From Iphione sp. A-MEVVRFRX5 (lineage: Eukaryota): a stretch of 64,000 bases of DNA. This document shows, in pieces, positions 1 to 14,200 of this stretch; positions within the stretch are counted from its first letter, which is position 1; each line of letters starts with the position of its first letter. The notes under the pieces are model-generated. The model saw only the letters and a list, made by a program, of their open reading frames with translations, was not told the DNA's origin and did no database searches. The stretch is taken from contig OZ320323.1 in NCBI GenBank assembly GCA_976226885.1, forward strand, positions 16,430,001-16,494,000, read 5' to 3'. The position numbers and the translations under genes were made by a program.

Positions 1-566
1 GTGTTACCTATATAGAGGAAGGTTTACATTACAAGTCTGGTTCTGAGGAATTTAGAACATTATCTCATACCGAGAAGAATCAGAGAGGCAATTAGAAAAA
101 GAAATGCGAAGAAATTAGATTAAGAAACCTATGTACACGAAGTGAACGTTTAATGAGTTAGTTAGGGAATTAGACGAAAAGTGAAAATACCGTTCAATAC
201 AATAGAAGGTAGTGTGGGATGGGCAAATATTACATGAGGAAACGCCAAGATAATTGGCGACATCGGGATGGAATAGTTGAATCCTAATCAATTTCAGGGT
301 AAGAAAATTAGTACAGACGATATATATATACATATATATAAATCAGAGCTGAACACTACAGTTGCAAAATTGAAATTCTGTGGTTGATCAGGATTGAAAC
401 TACATACACACGGAGGAAATACTTGCAGCTGTGTCCTCATTGCAACAAATTTGAACCAGAGCAAAATAAATATAATCAAATTTTCGCAACAATGCATAAA
501 ATGTGACATATATAGCCTGGAAGGTCTAAGGATACACTTAAGATTGCTTACTTCCGTCATCTGCTT

Positions 567-590
567 AACAACAACAACAACAACAACAAC
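567..590 (+). repeat. (AAC)8 microsatellite
   Basis: Direct reading. Confidence 0.95.
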
Positions 591-1689
591 ACCGTCAACA
601 ACAAAAAACAATGAAGCGGAAGAGGAATTAAGGAGATAATCAGTAGAGAGGAGCATGCGCAATGAAGTCTTGATGTGGCTTTATCATGCCGTCCAATGAT
701 TATGACCCAACCGGCCGACCGGTACCTTGCATACCGGGCCTCCTCCTGGGACCTCCCCACGGCCTAGCTCCCTCCCCCAGGGGCTCCTCAGGGCCAGCCC
801 CTGGGGGACTGGGCCCCTCCATCTGCAGGGATCTATCTAGCTTCCTCTCAAGAGAGAGTCTACCTAACAACCCATGTTGTTAGACGGATGAGAGGAGGGT
901 GGGTGGGGGTAGGGTGGAGGTTAGTTGGTAAACATGCGGGCGAATGGATTTAGTTCTCAAATTTCTTCCATTGTCTTCTTAATTTCTGAGGGGGTTCGGC
1001 TGGGATAATGCAAGGTAGCAGAGGAATAGATGCATATTTTGCTCTTCTGGTAAGTGTTAAAAGAAACCACGATCGAAGTTGACAGGTGCAATTATTTCAA
1101 TCTTTCGTGCTCATATAAAATGCTTCTGCAGTAGTCTATAAATTAATTGCTCTTTCCCATACTGTCTTCCATTGTGGTCTTGTCTGCATTGTGATATACC
1201 TTCAATGTGGCATTTTGAATTTGATTAAATGATCAAATGTATTCGTGAATGCGAATATAATGCATGTATATAACTAATTAGATTGGCAAGTCTGCAGTTT
1301 CGGGTGAAACAGGTATTACCATCCTATCTATCATCTCACTATAATGTATTCACAGTCTTCGGTATGAACCCCCCCCCAAATTGCTTACTAGGGCTAGTGG
1401 AATACCGAAAAAGACAAAAAGGTGAATTTTAAGATTTCTAGGTTTTTCGTGACAGTAAATGTGAAAAATCATGAGTGAAATAACTATGTGGTAATTTCCA
1501 AACACCATATTCACCATAGCAAGAAACAAAATATCTCAAGCATGATGATGCATCTTGGAAGATAGCAAGTTGAATGGTACGACGGGGGAACATGTCATGA
1601 ATAAATTCACAATACATGTAATTTGTGTCAGTGTGCTCACGGGAAATATCATGTTTGTCTTCTGGGCACAACGAGAGACATTTTGATGC

Positions 1690-2330
1690 TCAATTAACTG
1701 AATACTGTATGATACAAATGACTAATCGTGAGAAAGACGGGGCAGCAACCTTGAAGATCAGAAGCGAGAACTGTTTTTTCCCAGAGAATACATGAAAGCT
1801 AATAGAAGCCATACGGGATGAGCGATAAAGGGGTAAAAAATAAATTATGCGTTGCGGCAAAAAAATATCATCATTAAGTCGTAAAACTACTGCCTGGTGC
1901 GTGGAAAATCTGTTCAGACGCACGAGGCAAGAACAAAATAAACTTAATGGGAACGCATTATGGAAATGAGGCATTGCCTCTACTGTTAAGGTGGCAATAT
2001 GGAGACAGATTTTTTTTCTCTATCTAATAGGCAGATGCTGGGGCATTTTACTGCTTGGAACGTCCTCTCTTAAAGAACAAGTTATTATTTCTGGAAAAGG
2101 CAAAATAATACGAAGTTCTATAAAGCGTTTTATATTACGGCGGGTCGATTGTACACATATTTTCCGTCTGAGATTCGTGCAACTGATGATTCTTTAAGAG
2201 AAAAGAAAGAGATGTGCAAAAGTATCTGGCCAGAGAACTCATGTTAAAACCTATCAGCGCCAAGTACAAATATGCGACGTAATTTTTTACATAAGAAGAC
2301 AAAAAAATGATTGTGTCTATCTTTGTGAAA
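1690..2330 (+). mobile_element. Possible decayed LINE ORF2 C-terminal fragment
   Basis: Fragments ILLLGTSSLKEQVIISGKGK...KRFI and FKRKERDVQKYLARELM...SAKYKY loosely match the post-RT region of L2/CR1-like elements. Weak, by eye only. Confidence 0.22.
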
Positions 2331-4358
2331 TAGAAATTATAGCGATTAACATAAACGACGTAAAACAGGTCTTGTAGGGTGTTGGGTGACTTTTGGGCCA
2401 GAATACGTAAAAGTATGGCGTAGGCATAGGGGTGCCAGTTATAGAGGACAGGGCACCTTCGACTGTCCTTGGACAGTCGAAAATCAAAGAAGAAGAAGAA
2501 GTAGCGGACGGCATCTCATCTGAGATATTGGAATGTCAATGTCGTGTTCTCCTGGTAAGTATCCTAGTCATTTCCCATTATTTATATGGAAACCTAAGAG
2601 GTAGGCTACTTGCATTTGACATCATCGCAGTGTGGTTCCACATCCTCGAATCAGTTCTCATGTAGAATGTCTCCAACTTTGACCTTAACCCTTGGGTCGG
2701 GACCCAAACTACATGAGTCATCAAGGACCTCATAGAATTTCTTTTACTTTAGTTAATCTATATTGGATTCTTGACATAGATTAATGAGACCCAGAGATTG
2801 CTGTTAAATACCAGAAAGTTGGCTTCTTTCATTCACAGATCTCATAGTAATTGTAAAATCACATACTGGGCTGTATGGAAGGCAGAGTAAAGTAATATTA
2901 TTTTACGGCCAGTGTCTAAGAGTGTTGGCTGGCTCTAACAGAAAATCACCTCACAGGCTACTTCTGACCAAATTAGCTGACTCTGATTATTGCTTGCAAT
3001 AGCAAAATGGTCTGCTACTAAATAAATCACAATGAATAACGATTGTCACAACAAAATAAACTTACCTTTTTTGAATCCATCAGCACAAATGATTCAAAAA
3101 AGTACGTACCTGAAAATAAATGAAAACGTGTGATAATCGGGTATAATTGTTACAGAATGGTAGCATCATTAAAAACCACCAACACGTAAATTTCCTTTGA
3201 ACAGCTAAGTACTGAACTAACCAAAAAGGAAAACAAAACTTTTTCAGACAGACGTGGAGCATTCCTCTGCATTGACGTTCTCGATTTACATTCCTTGTTG
3301 ACAGCAAAATATCTTAAAGCACCAGATCGAGCATTAGAGCTCAATGCAAGCTGTGTAAAGGATGCTGTTCTTCTCATTCTAGTTTATAATAATCACCAGC
3401 TTTATACATCTATAAGCTTTCCTGTGCCAATTCTTCAATATTAAACCTTTCAACTCGGCTGCCAACGTCAATATTTTACCAACATTTCTTTGTTCTATTT
3501 CGTACTCATCATGGTGAGCGGATCGCCCCCAAAAGATATTCTCATTCACTATCAAAAATCATTTTCGTGATCAAATGAGAATTGTGTGAGGTGTAAACTA
3601 AGGATTCCATTTTGTCATGGACAGTCTTCCAGAGATAAACGAACGGAAATCAATTCGTTATTCTAATATACCTTGTTAACGATACGTTGGACCATTTCTC
3701 TTTACAGATGTGTCAGAGGATAGACCTAGGGAAGGACAAATTCAAATTCATTTCTGCAGGGTTAGAAATTGGTAGTGCATTTTTCTCGGGCAATCTCCCC
3801 CACTTCCTCAAAATATTAATTTTATTTGTCGAAAGACTGGCGGGTCCAGAGCAGAATCCTGTAAACCCTTCGATAGAATAGTGTGTTTTTGTCCGTGTGT
3901 GTGCGAGCGTGTTTATGTATGTATGCATGAGCTAAGCTATAATAAGTGCCTAGTTTTGTCTGGTGATGAGTGTATAAATCGGAGTCGGAGTGCATCTAAA
4001 ATGTCTTATGTATGTATGTGTGTGTGTATACGTACGTGCCTTTTCTGTACGATATACATGTATGTGAGTTTTTTTCAATCAATTTTACGTTTTTCGGCTG
4101 AACTAAAGGGGTGCAGAGCCTCTCAGTTGTGGATGTGTCGATAACTGAAAACAGCCCAAGAAAGATTCGCGGCGACTTCCATTATGCGTCGATGATGATC
4201 CGAGGCAAATTTAAGCAGCACGCAATAATTCAGGAACAAAATTAAATAATTGCTTTGCAATACTGAAAGTCCACAGTTTACCATCTCCTTCTCATCCTAT
4301 GTGAGCTAGGGACGTCTTCGGCTAGAATGTATATGTATACATATATGACACATATATA

Positions 4359-4531
4359 TAGTAGAACCCTTCTACTAAAGACACCCTCTATAGAGAACAC
4401 CGCCTATTATGTACAGGCTGGAAACAGAACCAAATCTAATTATGTTTAAAACCCCTGCTATAAAGGGCACCCCTCTTTATGGACACTTTCTGGTCAGTCC
4501 CTTTGCTATCCATAGTAAAGAGGTTCCACTG
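4359..4531. mobile_element. Tc1/mariner-pogo (Tigger-like) MITE
   Basis: Imperfect TIRs TAGTAGAACCCTTCTACTA and (reverse complement) CAGTGGAACCTCTTTACTA, with TA on both sides; no coding capacity. Confidence 0.65.
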
Positions 4532-5984
4532 TATCTATCCATATTTTCGCACAGAAATGGCTCCTTAATTATTTTCAGTAAAGCTGATAAACCGTGACTT
4601 TTGCGCATTTCTGGGTCTGTGGTCCTGCTCCACTGGAGCTATTCTTACCCCGCCCCACAGGACCTAGAAATGGGGTCCATATGCACGACACTTGGAAACC
4701 AGAGAAAAAAAAACTTCCAGGTAATATATTGGTCAGAGATGATAACTCTGCCATCTAATTAACTCCAGCCTGCCGCGATTCTTACCGAAGGGAATAGTCT
4801 GATATACCTTTGATACATATGAGAATTTCAAGATGCTTGAATAGTTGGTTGTATTGGCAGCTCAACCTTTTAAAAACTGGCCATATTGGCACAAGGGGGG
4901 GGGGAGCCTCCGGTGACTGTTCCTACTGAGAGTGAATTTGTCTGCCACACTAACAAATTTATGCTCATCTTCAATAAGAAAGGGAGACATTGAGTACCTG
5001 CTACCATGTCCCAAGATATCAGATTTCCCTTGGTGACCTTGTGGCTTGTTTTGGTGTGCTTGAATACAGAATTCTTTATATTTTAACTGTAATTCACACA
5101 ATCTAAACCCACCATCACCGCAGATTTCTGGTATTCATCATCAATTCATCCCGAAACGGTCAGGTGTCGGCTTTCCTCCCTTTGCTATACAGTGGAGATT
5201 CAGTTAAAGACCAGATCACAGGGGAGACCACACTTGGGGACAGACCAAATATCGGTCAATTTCCTCTATGAAGAGTATACAGGGGATTTTAGGGACAGGG
5301 TTTGTTTTCAAACATGGGACTCCAGGCTCCATACTTCAAACCCATACCCATGGAAACAGCCCTGTTCATTGTCACTATACTGGTTTTTCCTGTACATCCA
5401 TATATGGGTCCGGACTGAAAATACAGGAACATGGAAACCAGCCCATAGTATGAGAGTGTCCCGTACACTGCTGGCATACAGCCGTTTATATAACACACAG
5501 ATGTTTGTCTGTGTTTGTTCTTATGGGGGTCTCTGTTGTGTTCCTTGTAAATATGTTTCTACGCGTGTACAAAAGACGGGAAATGTGTAATACTGCAAAT
5601 TTTTGTGGTTTCATGTGTATTTGTATCCATGCGTGTGTTTATCTATATATGTATGACCGCATCTGTGTGTATGCGTGTGTGTCTGTGTGTGGTCAGTTTA
5701 AACGGTATACATGTATGCTAATGAGATGGAGAGGTCATGGGAAGTCAAACCGCGGTGACATTTTGGTGGGGGATTGAGAAGGGAGGGGGTGGGTGCACCC
5801 TTCATTAACTGGCATGGTATTACCATTCGCCCTCCACCTCCGACCTCCTCCGTCCACCGATAGTCACAATACATTACCCTACTTCCCGACTAGTACCACC
5901 GCACGCAACCCACGATTCTCCCCCTTTATCGTCCATCGGTAAGGTTAAACCCGAACACTCACATTACCCCTCCATACATCAGCC

Positions 5985-6032
5985 AAACGGCCTACCACAC
6001 GAGCTGTCAAACGGCCTACCACACGAGCTGTC
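5985..6032 (+). repeat. Perfect 24-bp tandem duplication
   Basis: AAACGGCCTACCACACGAGCTGTC x2. Confidence 0.9.
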
Positions 6033-6880
6033 ACGATCGCTGACAGTGGAGAGAGAATGGACCATTTTCTTGCTCAGAACAATTCAATATTATGAGGTTT
6101 TTACTTGAATTGTATCTATTATACACCGAAACATAACAACGAAATTTCTATAAATTGATGCTTTCACTAAAAACAGCAATTTCGATCGGAAAATCTCCTG
6201 AAATAACACATCCCGGTGGGGGAATTCTAGAACCTCCGCTTACTTTGGTTCTACATTACCTCGATCATCACTGGTCGCGGAACTGATCTCTTTACGCAAG
6301 CTCAAATTTTAGTAATTATTTTGCTTTTGTGAGTGTTACTAAGGGTTCCATAACCAGAAGAGGGTTGGGGAGATGAGCTTGGACAAACCCCCTATACACG
6401 TTCCTCTTCAATGCTAAAATTCTAAAATATAGCAATGGAGTTGCATCAAGTCTCTTCTTATTATACATTTACATGTACATGTATACTAGGATATGCTGTG
6501 GACAAAATATATTTACTTTAAATATAGACATATCACTGATTTTCATTCTCCGTTGTTCTTACATGTATACACGTAATGCACATTCCAACGTTACTAGAGG
6601 CAACGCCATGGGCAGTGTGAATGGTTGGCTCCGCCGTTTCAGCTTGCCTCTTTCAGCGTCCTTTTCCACTCCATTACTCCTTCCGGTAAGGGCATACCAC
6701 GTCTGAAATGCACGACGTGTGTCCTGCGCGATCTTCCTGCAACGATTTGCCTGTTTTGAGGAGACTTAGAGCTCTAAAGATGATTCGCTCTATTTTATTC
6801 TTCACTTCCAGCAACATAGGTCGAAGAAGGGTGGGGCGAGAACACAGGAAGCACTGATGGAGAAAGAAAAGGAAAGAGGT

Positions 6881-6945
6881 AGAGAGAGCGAGAGAGTGAG
6901 TGAGTGAGTGAGTGAGTGAGAGAGTGAGAGAGAGAGAGAGACAGA
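6881..6945 (+). repeat. (GAGT)n/(GA)n microsatellite at the start of a ~900-bp purine-rich tract
   Basis: Direct reading; the purine skew continues to ~7760. Confidence 0.9.
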
Positions 6946-9900
6946 GAAAGACCGGGAGAAAGTGATTGGAAGGAGTAGGCAAGAGAGAAGTGGAGAGAAT
7001 AATTTGATAGGGATGGTGAGATAGAGAGACTAAGAAGACTGCGAAGACATACGAGAAGGTGAGCACAGAAGAATGGGAGTGAAAGAATTAAGATGGAAGT
7101 AGGAAAGGGGAGAGGGACACACAGGAGAGAGGCCCGATAAAGAAAATGGAGGAATTCACGAGGTAATGATGGAGAAAGGGAGAGGGGGAGTCACTGGCTG
7201 GAATGGGTCTTAGACTAGGTAGGGATAAAACTGTAGATAGGGATAAAGCGGAGAGGAGAGAATAAGCTAGGGGTGTATCAGTGAGACAGAACGATAGAGG
7301 AGGGAGGCAGATAAGTTCAAGGGGAGTGGGAGGTAAGGATGGGGAGTGGGAGAAAGAGAGTGGGAGGCTGACAGGGGATAGGGGAGGGAGGTAACAGGGA
7401 AGTATTAAAGAGCAGGAAGAACACGGACAGCATTGAGAAAAAGATGAGGCGGGGGAATGAAACAGATAGGATAGGGCAAATTGAGGCAGGGAGAAGGGGA
7501 GCGATAGGTGGGGATTGGGGAGTTATAGAAGAAGACAAGAAAGCTACAGGAAAACCAGAGAATCTGGGAAAGAGACGCAAGTGGAGGGAGTTGTGAAAGG
7601 TCTAGTGAAGCAGGAATTGTAGTGAAGTGTATCAAAGGTGAGATAGAAAAGAGAAAACGGACGGATAACCGAGAAGGTGCAGAGAAGGATGGATAGAAAA
7701 ATGTTGGAAACAATACAACACACAGAACGCAGAAATAAATGGGAAAATAGAAATCATCTTGTCGTTTCTTTCCCAGCCATTCACTCAACCTGCAGGAATG
7801 GCGGGGAGTTTTCAATCGGCGAAAACAAACCGTCCTCTTGAGTTTCCTCCCCCCCCCTGTTATCAGACCCAATCCGCTCTCCGGAGGCAAAGGGTTACAT
7901 AAAAAAGAGCCTTTGGCGCTGGTGGACCTGTTTGTAAGACAAATAGGGTCTGGAAAAGGACGTTTGCATTAAGAGCCATCTTCTCATTTCTGGCGGCCAT
8001 AATGGAATACTTAATGTCAGAGGAACTCATTGTGTCCCCTGAGTGACAGAGACAGAGAGGGATGGTTCCGAAGACTACTTTGATCACTGTTCTCCTAGGA
8101 AAGCGTACACAGAAGGAAGGACGCACACGTACTTCAGAAGGAAGAATAGATCGATGTACATGCATCTGTGTATTGCTAATGATGCCTACAGCGGAGTCTA
8201 GTACTTTGCTGTTTGTCTTGTTTTGCCGCTCGATCTTCGTCTGTATATGTGTGTTCATACCTTCCTATTTGGCTTCATTCGTGTATCGATGAATGAAACT
8301 TGATTATTAAAAGAATTACTGAATATGAGTGACAGATAGATTATAAAGTATCCCGAGAAAAACCGCGACACCACACTGTTCATCACCCATGTGTGTTTTT
8401 GAGCTCAGGACTATCTGTTGAAGCTGGCATAACACTCCTATAGAATTTATGATGGACAAACGCCAACTATCATACATATATAAACACTCTTTAGAAGTAT
8501 TTTGATGAACTAATTAGCATATATTGTCGAAAGGAAAGAACTAAGACAGCGATGAGAAAATGGTGGAAGGTCAGGCGACGGAACTGTATGTAATGTCCTC
8601 CTGCCAAAGCCCATCTCAATGCTGACGTCTGGTGTTCTAGACGGGAACCAAGTCCTACCGGCAATAGGAGGAGACGTCACTCAGTTAAAAGTGTAGGACA
8701 AACCGGCCGCCCTTGTCGAAACGGACCACCCAGGAGGCAAGGTAAGGTAGAGGGCAATTCGAAAACAGATTACCAGCGGTCTCAAGGTCATTACAGGTCA
8801 AGAGTTATCGTCTCGAACGATCGGCAAGTGGTGACAGCAGCAGTACTTGAACAGATACAACGTCCGGCCGACTGACGCAGAACACAGACCCGCCTCCTGG
8901 CGGGAAATATGCCCCCTAACCCGGGTCGCTGGCGCCCTCTGCTGGATGAAAACCGATCGATCGGCCCCTGGTGGTAAACGCCGGCACTAACAACTTAATG
9001 GACGTCCCGTCCGCTTGGGTTGGTCAGCTATCCATCATTTGGGCGGAGGGTGATTGTTGGGTGGGAGGAGGTGTGGGGTGGGAGGGGGACAGGGAGGGGG
9101 CGGGAAGGTGGGAAGGAGGTGAGTGCTGGTCAGATAAGCAATGAGCGGCAGAGAACCAGCAGCCAAAAGTTTCGAAAAGTGAAGATTGATTAACTGCCTC
9201 AACTGGCATGGCTTACATTATTTGATGGAGCTCAGAGTGACTCTTTGTTTCCGTAACCGTAACTGCTTCATTTGAGTGGAATATTATGGTTCATGATCAA
9301 TTACTTCTCGATACTGCTTCAGATGACTGGACTGCTGTGGCTTCCTATACAAAATGCAGTCCCTGAAGTGGCTTGCAGTTGTTCAATTCTATGCCTTCAT
9401 TGCCAGCTGGTACAGTTTTTTTTTATTAATAGGAGCTAATTAAGGTTATGTCACTTCCCTCAACTATGGTTAGGTTTATGTACATATGCTTGCCATGGCA
9501 CTAGGTGGCTTTAGTCCCTTTGGTGTAGGTTAGATTGGATTGCAGATGCGTGTACATGTACTTGAGAGTCAGGACTCGACATCATAATTCGGATACAGGA
9601 ATAATTCAGATATCAAACCGTGACCTTTAGCTAAGTCGGTATTAATCAATGAAAAGAGAATTGTCCCTGCGAGCCTCCTCGACGGACATTCAGCCATTAA
9701 ACAATGTAATTACATTGGTCCCCCCTCGACCGACCACTGTATATAACCAGCAGTACTGCTTACCTGAATGGCCTAGGTAGAAGCAAACTATAAAAATCAG
9801 TTGAAAATGTCTCCACAACCGACAAATCCCGTCTAAATGACTAAAGCCATCAGCAACAGAGAATGTCAGCTAGAGAGAGACCCATAGGTACAACTCAGAC

Positions 9901-11047
9901 ATGGTATTGGCAGGTATTTCTTTAAAGGTACATACATGTGCAACAGCCCCTATTCATCAAACAGAGGCGTTTATGCCGTTCAGATATCAAAGCTATCTTT
10001 GTACAGAGTTTGATTTAAATACAAGCATTTCCTTTCAGAAATCAAGTGTATATCTGTGTCTGAGTACAATTATAATGGATATGTATAAGTTATGATGTAA
10101 TGTTTACAGAACTCCAGTCTATTCGGATGTTGAGTATGCGGATATCGGTTCTCAGCTCCGCATCCAACTGCCACCTCGAGCGCCAGGAATTTCATATCTC
10201 AATTTGTTCGGAGGTACTCTGATATGAATTACAGCGATTAAACTAGAAAACGATGGATAAACCATAACAGGCTTCATTTCATGGGTTATGGTAATGCTGA
10301 CAAAACACCACGTCGCACAATGCACAATACCATTGGGAGCAGTGTTACCATTTCTATATATAAATACATTTATTATTAACGTATGATATAGCTATATTCA
10401 TCAGAGTAGAAACATTATACAGTGGTGGTTGCGAGGCGCGTACCATTACTTTCTACCATCACGTAATGACCTTATCCCGGGCAGAAGATGTAAATATGTC
10501 TGTGAGGTCATTCACTAATCCGACGTAGTGTCATATTTTACACATTACCGTGGCATACGTCAGATCTTATCATCGACTCTCTGTTCTGGCAAGTGCTGAT
10601 CTAGATTGAACATCCCCATGCATGGCCTTATAATTATGACAAAAATCTACTTTATACAAACGACAATTAAAATCTGCTTCATACCACTATATGGCCTAGA
10701 TGGAATTGAACTATGCAATTATGAGACGAGGAACCATACTGAATTGTAGTTCTGGTTGTTTTTTATATACCACTACTGCACCTCTGGAAACAGGAGGTAG
10801 GATGATTGTATGCAACATGATAGTACTTACTTTTCAGAATAGTCATCCATCACCGTATATTTCATACTATAAACCATAAAAAAGACAACAAATAATCAGG
10901 GCTGTTTTGTGTTCAGTGCATCGCGGTTTTACCAACATTAAATACTACAGGTTACGCCTTATAAATCGCTAGGAAAGCGGCTCGGGCCATATAATATATC
11001 TGGGGCCATTTGTATATGCAATAAATGGAGTCACCCAAGCTGGGAGC

Positions 11048-11254
11048 TCACGTGACACCATTTCAGTTTTACCCACAATGGCGCCATCTATCGGTCAATC
11101 ACGACAACAGTCGACCCTCTCCCGACAATCAACCAGAAACGGTCCGACTTCCGGTGTGCGTGGGCAGTGTTTTGTCATTGTCACTTGTTGTGTCGCCCCC
11201 TAGTGTAAATAATCTCATCCATCAAGACGACTTTCCGACCGTTGTGCGCATGCA
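11048..11254. promoter_or_regulatory. Housekeeping-promoter-like motif cluster (E-box, YY1, ETS, NRF1-like)
   Basis: TCACGTGA at 11048, AATGGCGCCATCT at 11077-11089, ACTTCCGGT at 11147 and TGCGCATGCA at 11245, in a CpG-containing patch. No downstream gene identified. Confidence 0.35.
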
Positions 11255-14200
11255 CGCGTGAACCCGGAGTTTGTTTATTCGAAGTAACTCGTTCCTAGTG
11301 ACAGGAATGTTTGAAACTTCACTCCCGCTCCCCAGAAGCCTTCTCAATCACGCTGACATTCTCGTATGATCGTATTCAAGTACATCGCACGGACAGGAGG
11401 ATAAACGCGCAGACTGCACAACGAAAGCATCTCCAGAAAATCAAGACATAAAACATAGATGTGTGTACTAGGAACTGGTTACAACGGCACCCTGGAAGAT
11501 GCTACGCCCGTACACACATACACACACACACACAAACGGCAATGTAGACATAGCAAGGCACACGTAAATTAAATAGCATATGCCCCCAGGCTAATCCTCG
11601 ACCTCTCGCCCCCTCTCATAAATCTCATAAAACACATTATATCATCGACGTGGCCCACATTTGACCTAAAATGACCTCGGTCTGACCTTGGTCGACCTAA
11701 CCCACGAGAGGCCGCAAATCCTTATAACTGCTGTCGATTGCGGGGAAGGACATTACTACGTGCAAATGGAGGTGGGCATCGCATTCATCTCCATAGAGGT
11801 GATTTATGTAACATCTTCAGCAGAGCTAACCGCATTGGACTTGATGTTCGGTATTGATCAGGATGGCTCTCTGTACATCCGTAAAATGACAACAGTTTTC
11901 TCACTTCGCAAGAGCCAACCGAGTCTGCCTATAGTCATGTAGGGAGGACAATTTCGGGATCAACATGGATCCATCGGGTATTTTTCTGGTCCGTCCATCT
12001 AGTGTGTGCAGAACAGCCCAAAATTACCACAAGGACAAATGACCATTTCGGGCCCATTTCAAGTGCTTTAAGTTTCTCGAATGTTAAGTACGAACAATGA
12101 ATGTGTGGTTGTCCACCGTTGTCCACCCTAAGCATGCATCAACCAGAATTTAGCATATGAGTTTTAAAGAGGTTTATATGTGACACTAATTTGTCGTTTA
12201 CTACGTCAGATAATTATAGCAGGTGATGTTATCCACCTGAAAAGTAAGCTTTACTTTATCACTGGACAATCAGGAACGACATCAGTTTTGCGAGGCACTA
12301 AATTTTCACTGTGTCACTCTACAACTTACCAAGGACTGAGGTGTGTATACTGCATTCATAGGTGGACCACCCCATCAACAAGTGTGGGTACAGGCAGGAA
12401 ATGTACTGGATTTGCCATGTACACGACGTTTAAGCACATAGGTATTATTATAATTACATTACATTATTACAATAATATTATTCTCATATATTCATGACCG
12501 TATACACGTTGGTGTACATTGTATTCTGTCAAGACTGCTGCTATTGGCCAATGGTTAGGCATATGTGAGTGTGAATGGAGATCTCAAGGTCGTAATCAGG
12601 GCAATCCCAAAGTAAAACCTAGTTCTTAGAAGTTCAACATCTAGTCCTAAACTGGTCACATATCCAAGAATGAATGGCTATAATTTTTTTCTCCAACATT
12701 TCTATCTCCTCTCCCTCTGCTTGTAAGAGCTATCTCGACTCGATCCCATTCGTTTGTTCAAAATGACACTTAACTCCTTCGATATGCATAGATTGGAAAG
12801 CTCGCCAATCGGATTCATCTAATCCCTATGTGATTATATTACTTCCAACTTCAGGATGCGCCTGTGGAATTCCCAGGCATTCAAAGAGGCTGTTCGCATT
12901 CCATTCACACCGAGAGGCAAATTCTTCTTTACCTCTATGTTTAATGTACAGCTTGTTAGTATTCCCCTGGTTGGCGCTCTCTATTGCTGATACTCTTCCT
13001 ACTTGTAAGGCATTCAAATGAACGAAACGTTATCCAAGTCGATGATGCATCTCTCTAGCCGGTGTGGCACCTGCCTTCAGTTTCAATCCCTCCGACGAAA
13101 GAATGTGGAATGAGAGAGAGAGAGAGAGAACAAAACACAAAATTAACAAATTAAAAATCGGAGAGAGTGACGTTTATCCAGGCGTGGACTATACGCCGGC
13201 AGAATCGTTGCTAAGGTCTCTCCTCCTCATTTTGCATAATCGAAATGAAAAGAAATTGCAGGACAGTACGCGGCTCAGTGAATCGGCGGATCACATTCTT
13301 CGCTGAAAACACTTTCTTGCTTTTCTATCAAAAATAGCGAAAGACTACACTAACGTAAACGCGGAGAGATCGCTCAAACAAAGCGGAAACGGTCCGTTGT
13401 TAAATATTCAACATTTCGCGGCCGTTCGGGCGATAATGTAGGCAGGAAGCACTCTAGCGTGAGCGATAACACACGTAAAGCGTATTCCTGCAGCCCGTGC
13501 CCTTTAGGTCGCAGTTCTCGCGTCACTTCCTGATATGTGCCAATTTATTTGGCTTGGTGGTCGTATTGTGCGGCTGGGAAGTTTAAATTTTCTGCGGCAT
13601 TATAGTCTGGACCATAATCTCCTAATTGAATAGAAACCAGCTGCATTCCGGCAAAATCTACTTTACTCGCTAGAACTCGCGCTCTTTTACTCCCAATCCC
13701 CCCGTGCTATCGTAAATCCACTTATGGCGGGCCTTTGGTGTATGATATCAGAGGACACCAGCAGGAGGAGTGGTCCCCGTGAAGCCGTGTACTAACAAAG
13801 AGTCATGTTGTGACGCATGGTTCGACATCATATAAAAGTTTCCAACTTCCACACAGGGCAAAGTATTCGGCCAAGTTAGGAAATTACATCGGCCCACACC
13901 GACACGAGTCGTTAGTAGTATAGGGCAGTGACACTCTGGCTCGGGCAATGCTTCTTGCTGAGGAACAACCTCTCTGCGAGTAGAACAATCTGATATCACA
14001 GTGTAAAACACCTTTCATGTAATGCCTATGGTAAGGGATATGCAGTCAATAAGGACATGTTCAGTAGTATGTGTACCATGCTGTTCGTTGCTTGTGTCTG
14101 TCATCGTCTATGTATGCATCACAGGCATGATGCATATAAAACCCAGAATAACATTTGCTGGTTTCAAACAATGTGGATAAAGTACAAATTGAGTTTGATT

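Noticed and set aside
3100-3860. Decayed LINE on the minus strand
   Set aside because: The composition is suggestive, but no diagnostic RT or endonuclease motif could be read.
6674-7890. ORFs in purine/pyrimidine-skewed tracts (also 15.9-16.4, 22.9-23.5, 42.1-42.7, 45.0-45.7, 47.5-48.0 and 49.5-50.6 kb)
   Set aside because: Stop-poor because of low complexity; the translations are L/S/F/P- or E/R/K-rich without domains.
8580-9060. HDV-like or hammerhead ribozyme / LINE 5' UTR in GC-rich patches (also ~700-880, 42000-42140, 48040-48200, 49240-49350, 50560-50700)
   Set aside because: I could not assemble the P1-P4 pseudoknot or a CUGAUGA/GAAA core by eye. An Infernal search would be needed.
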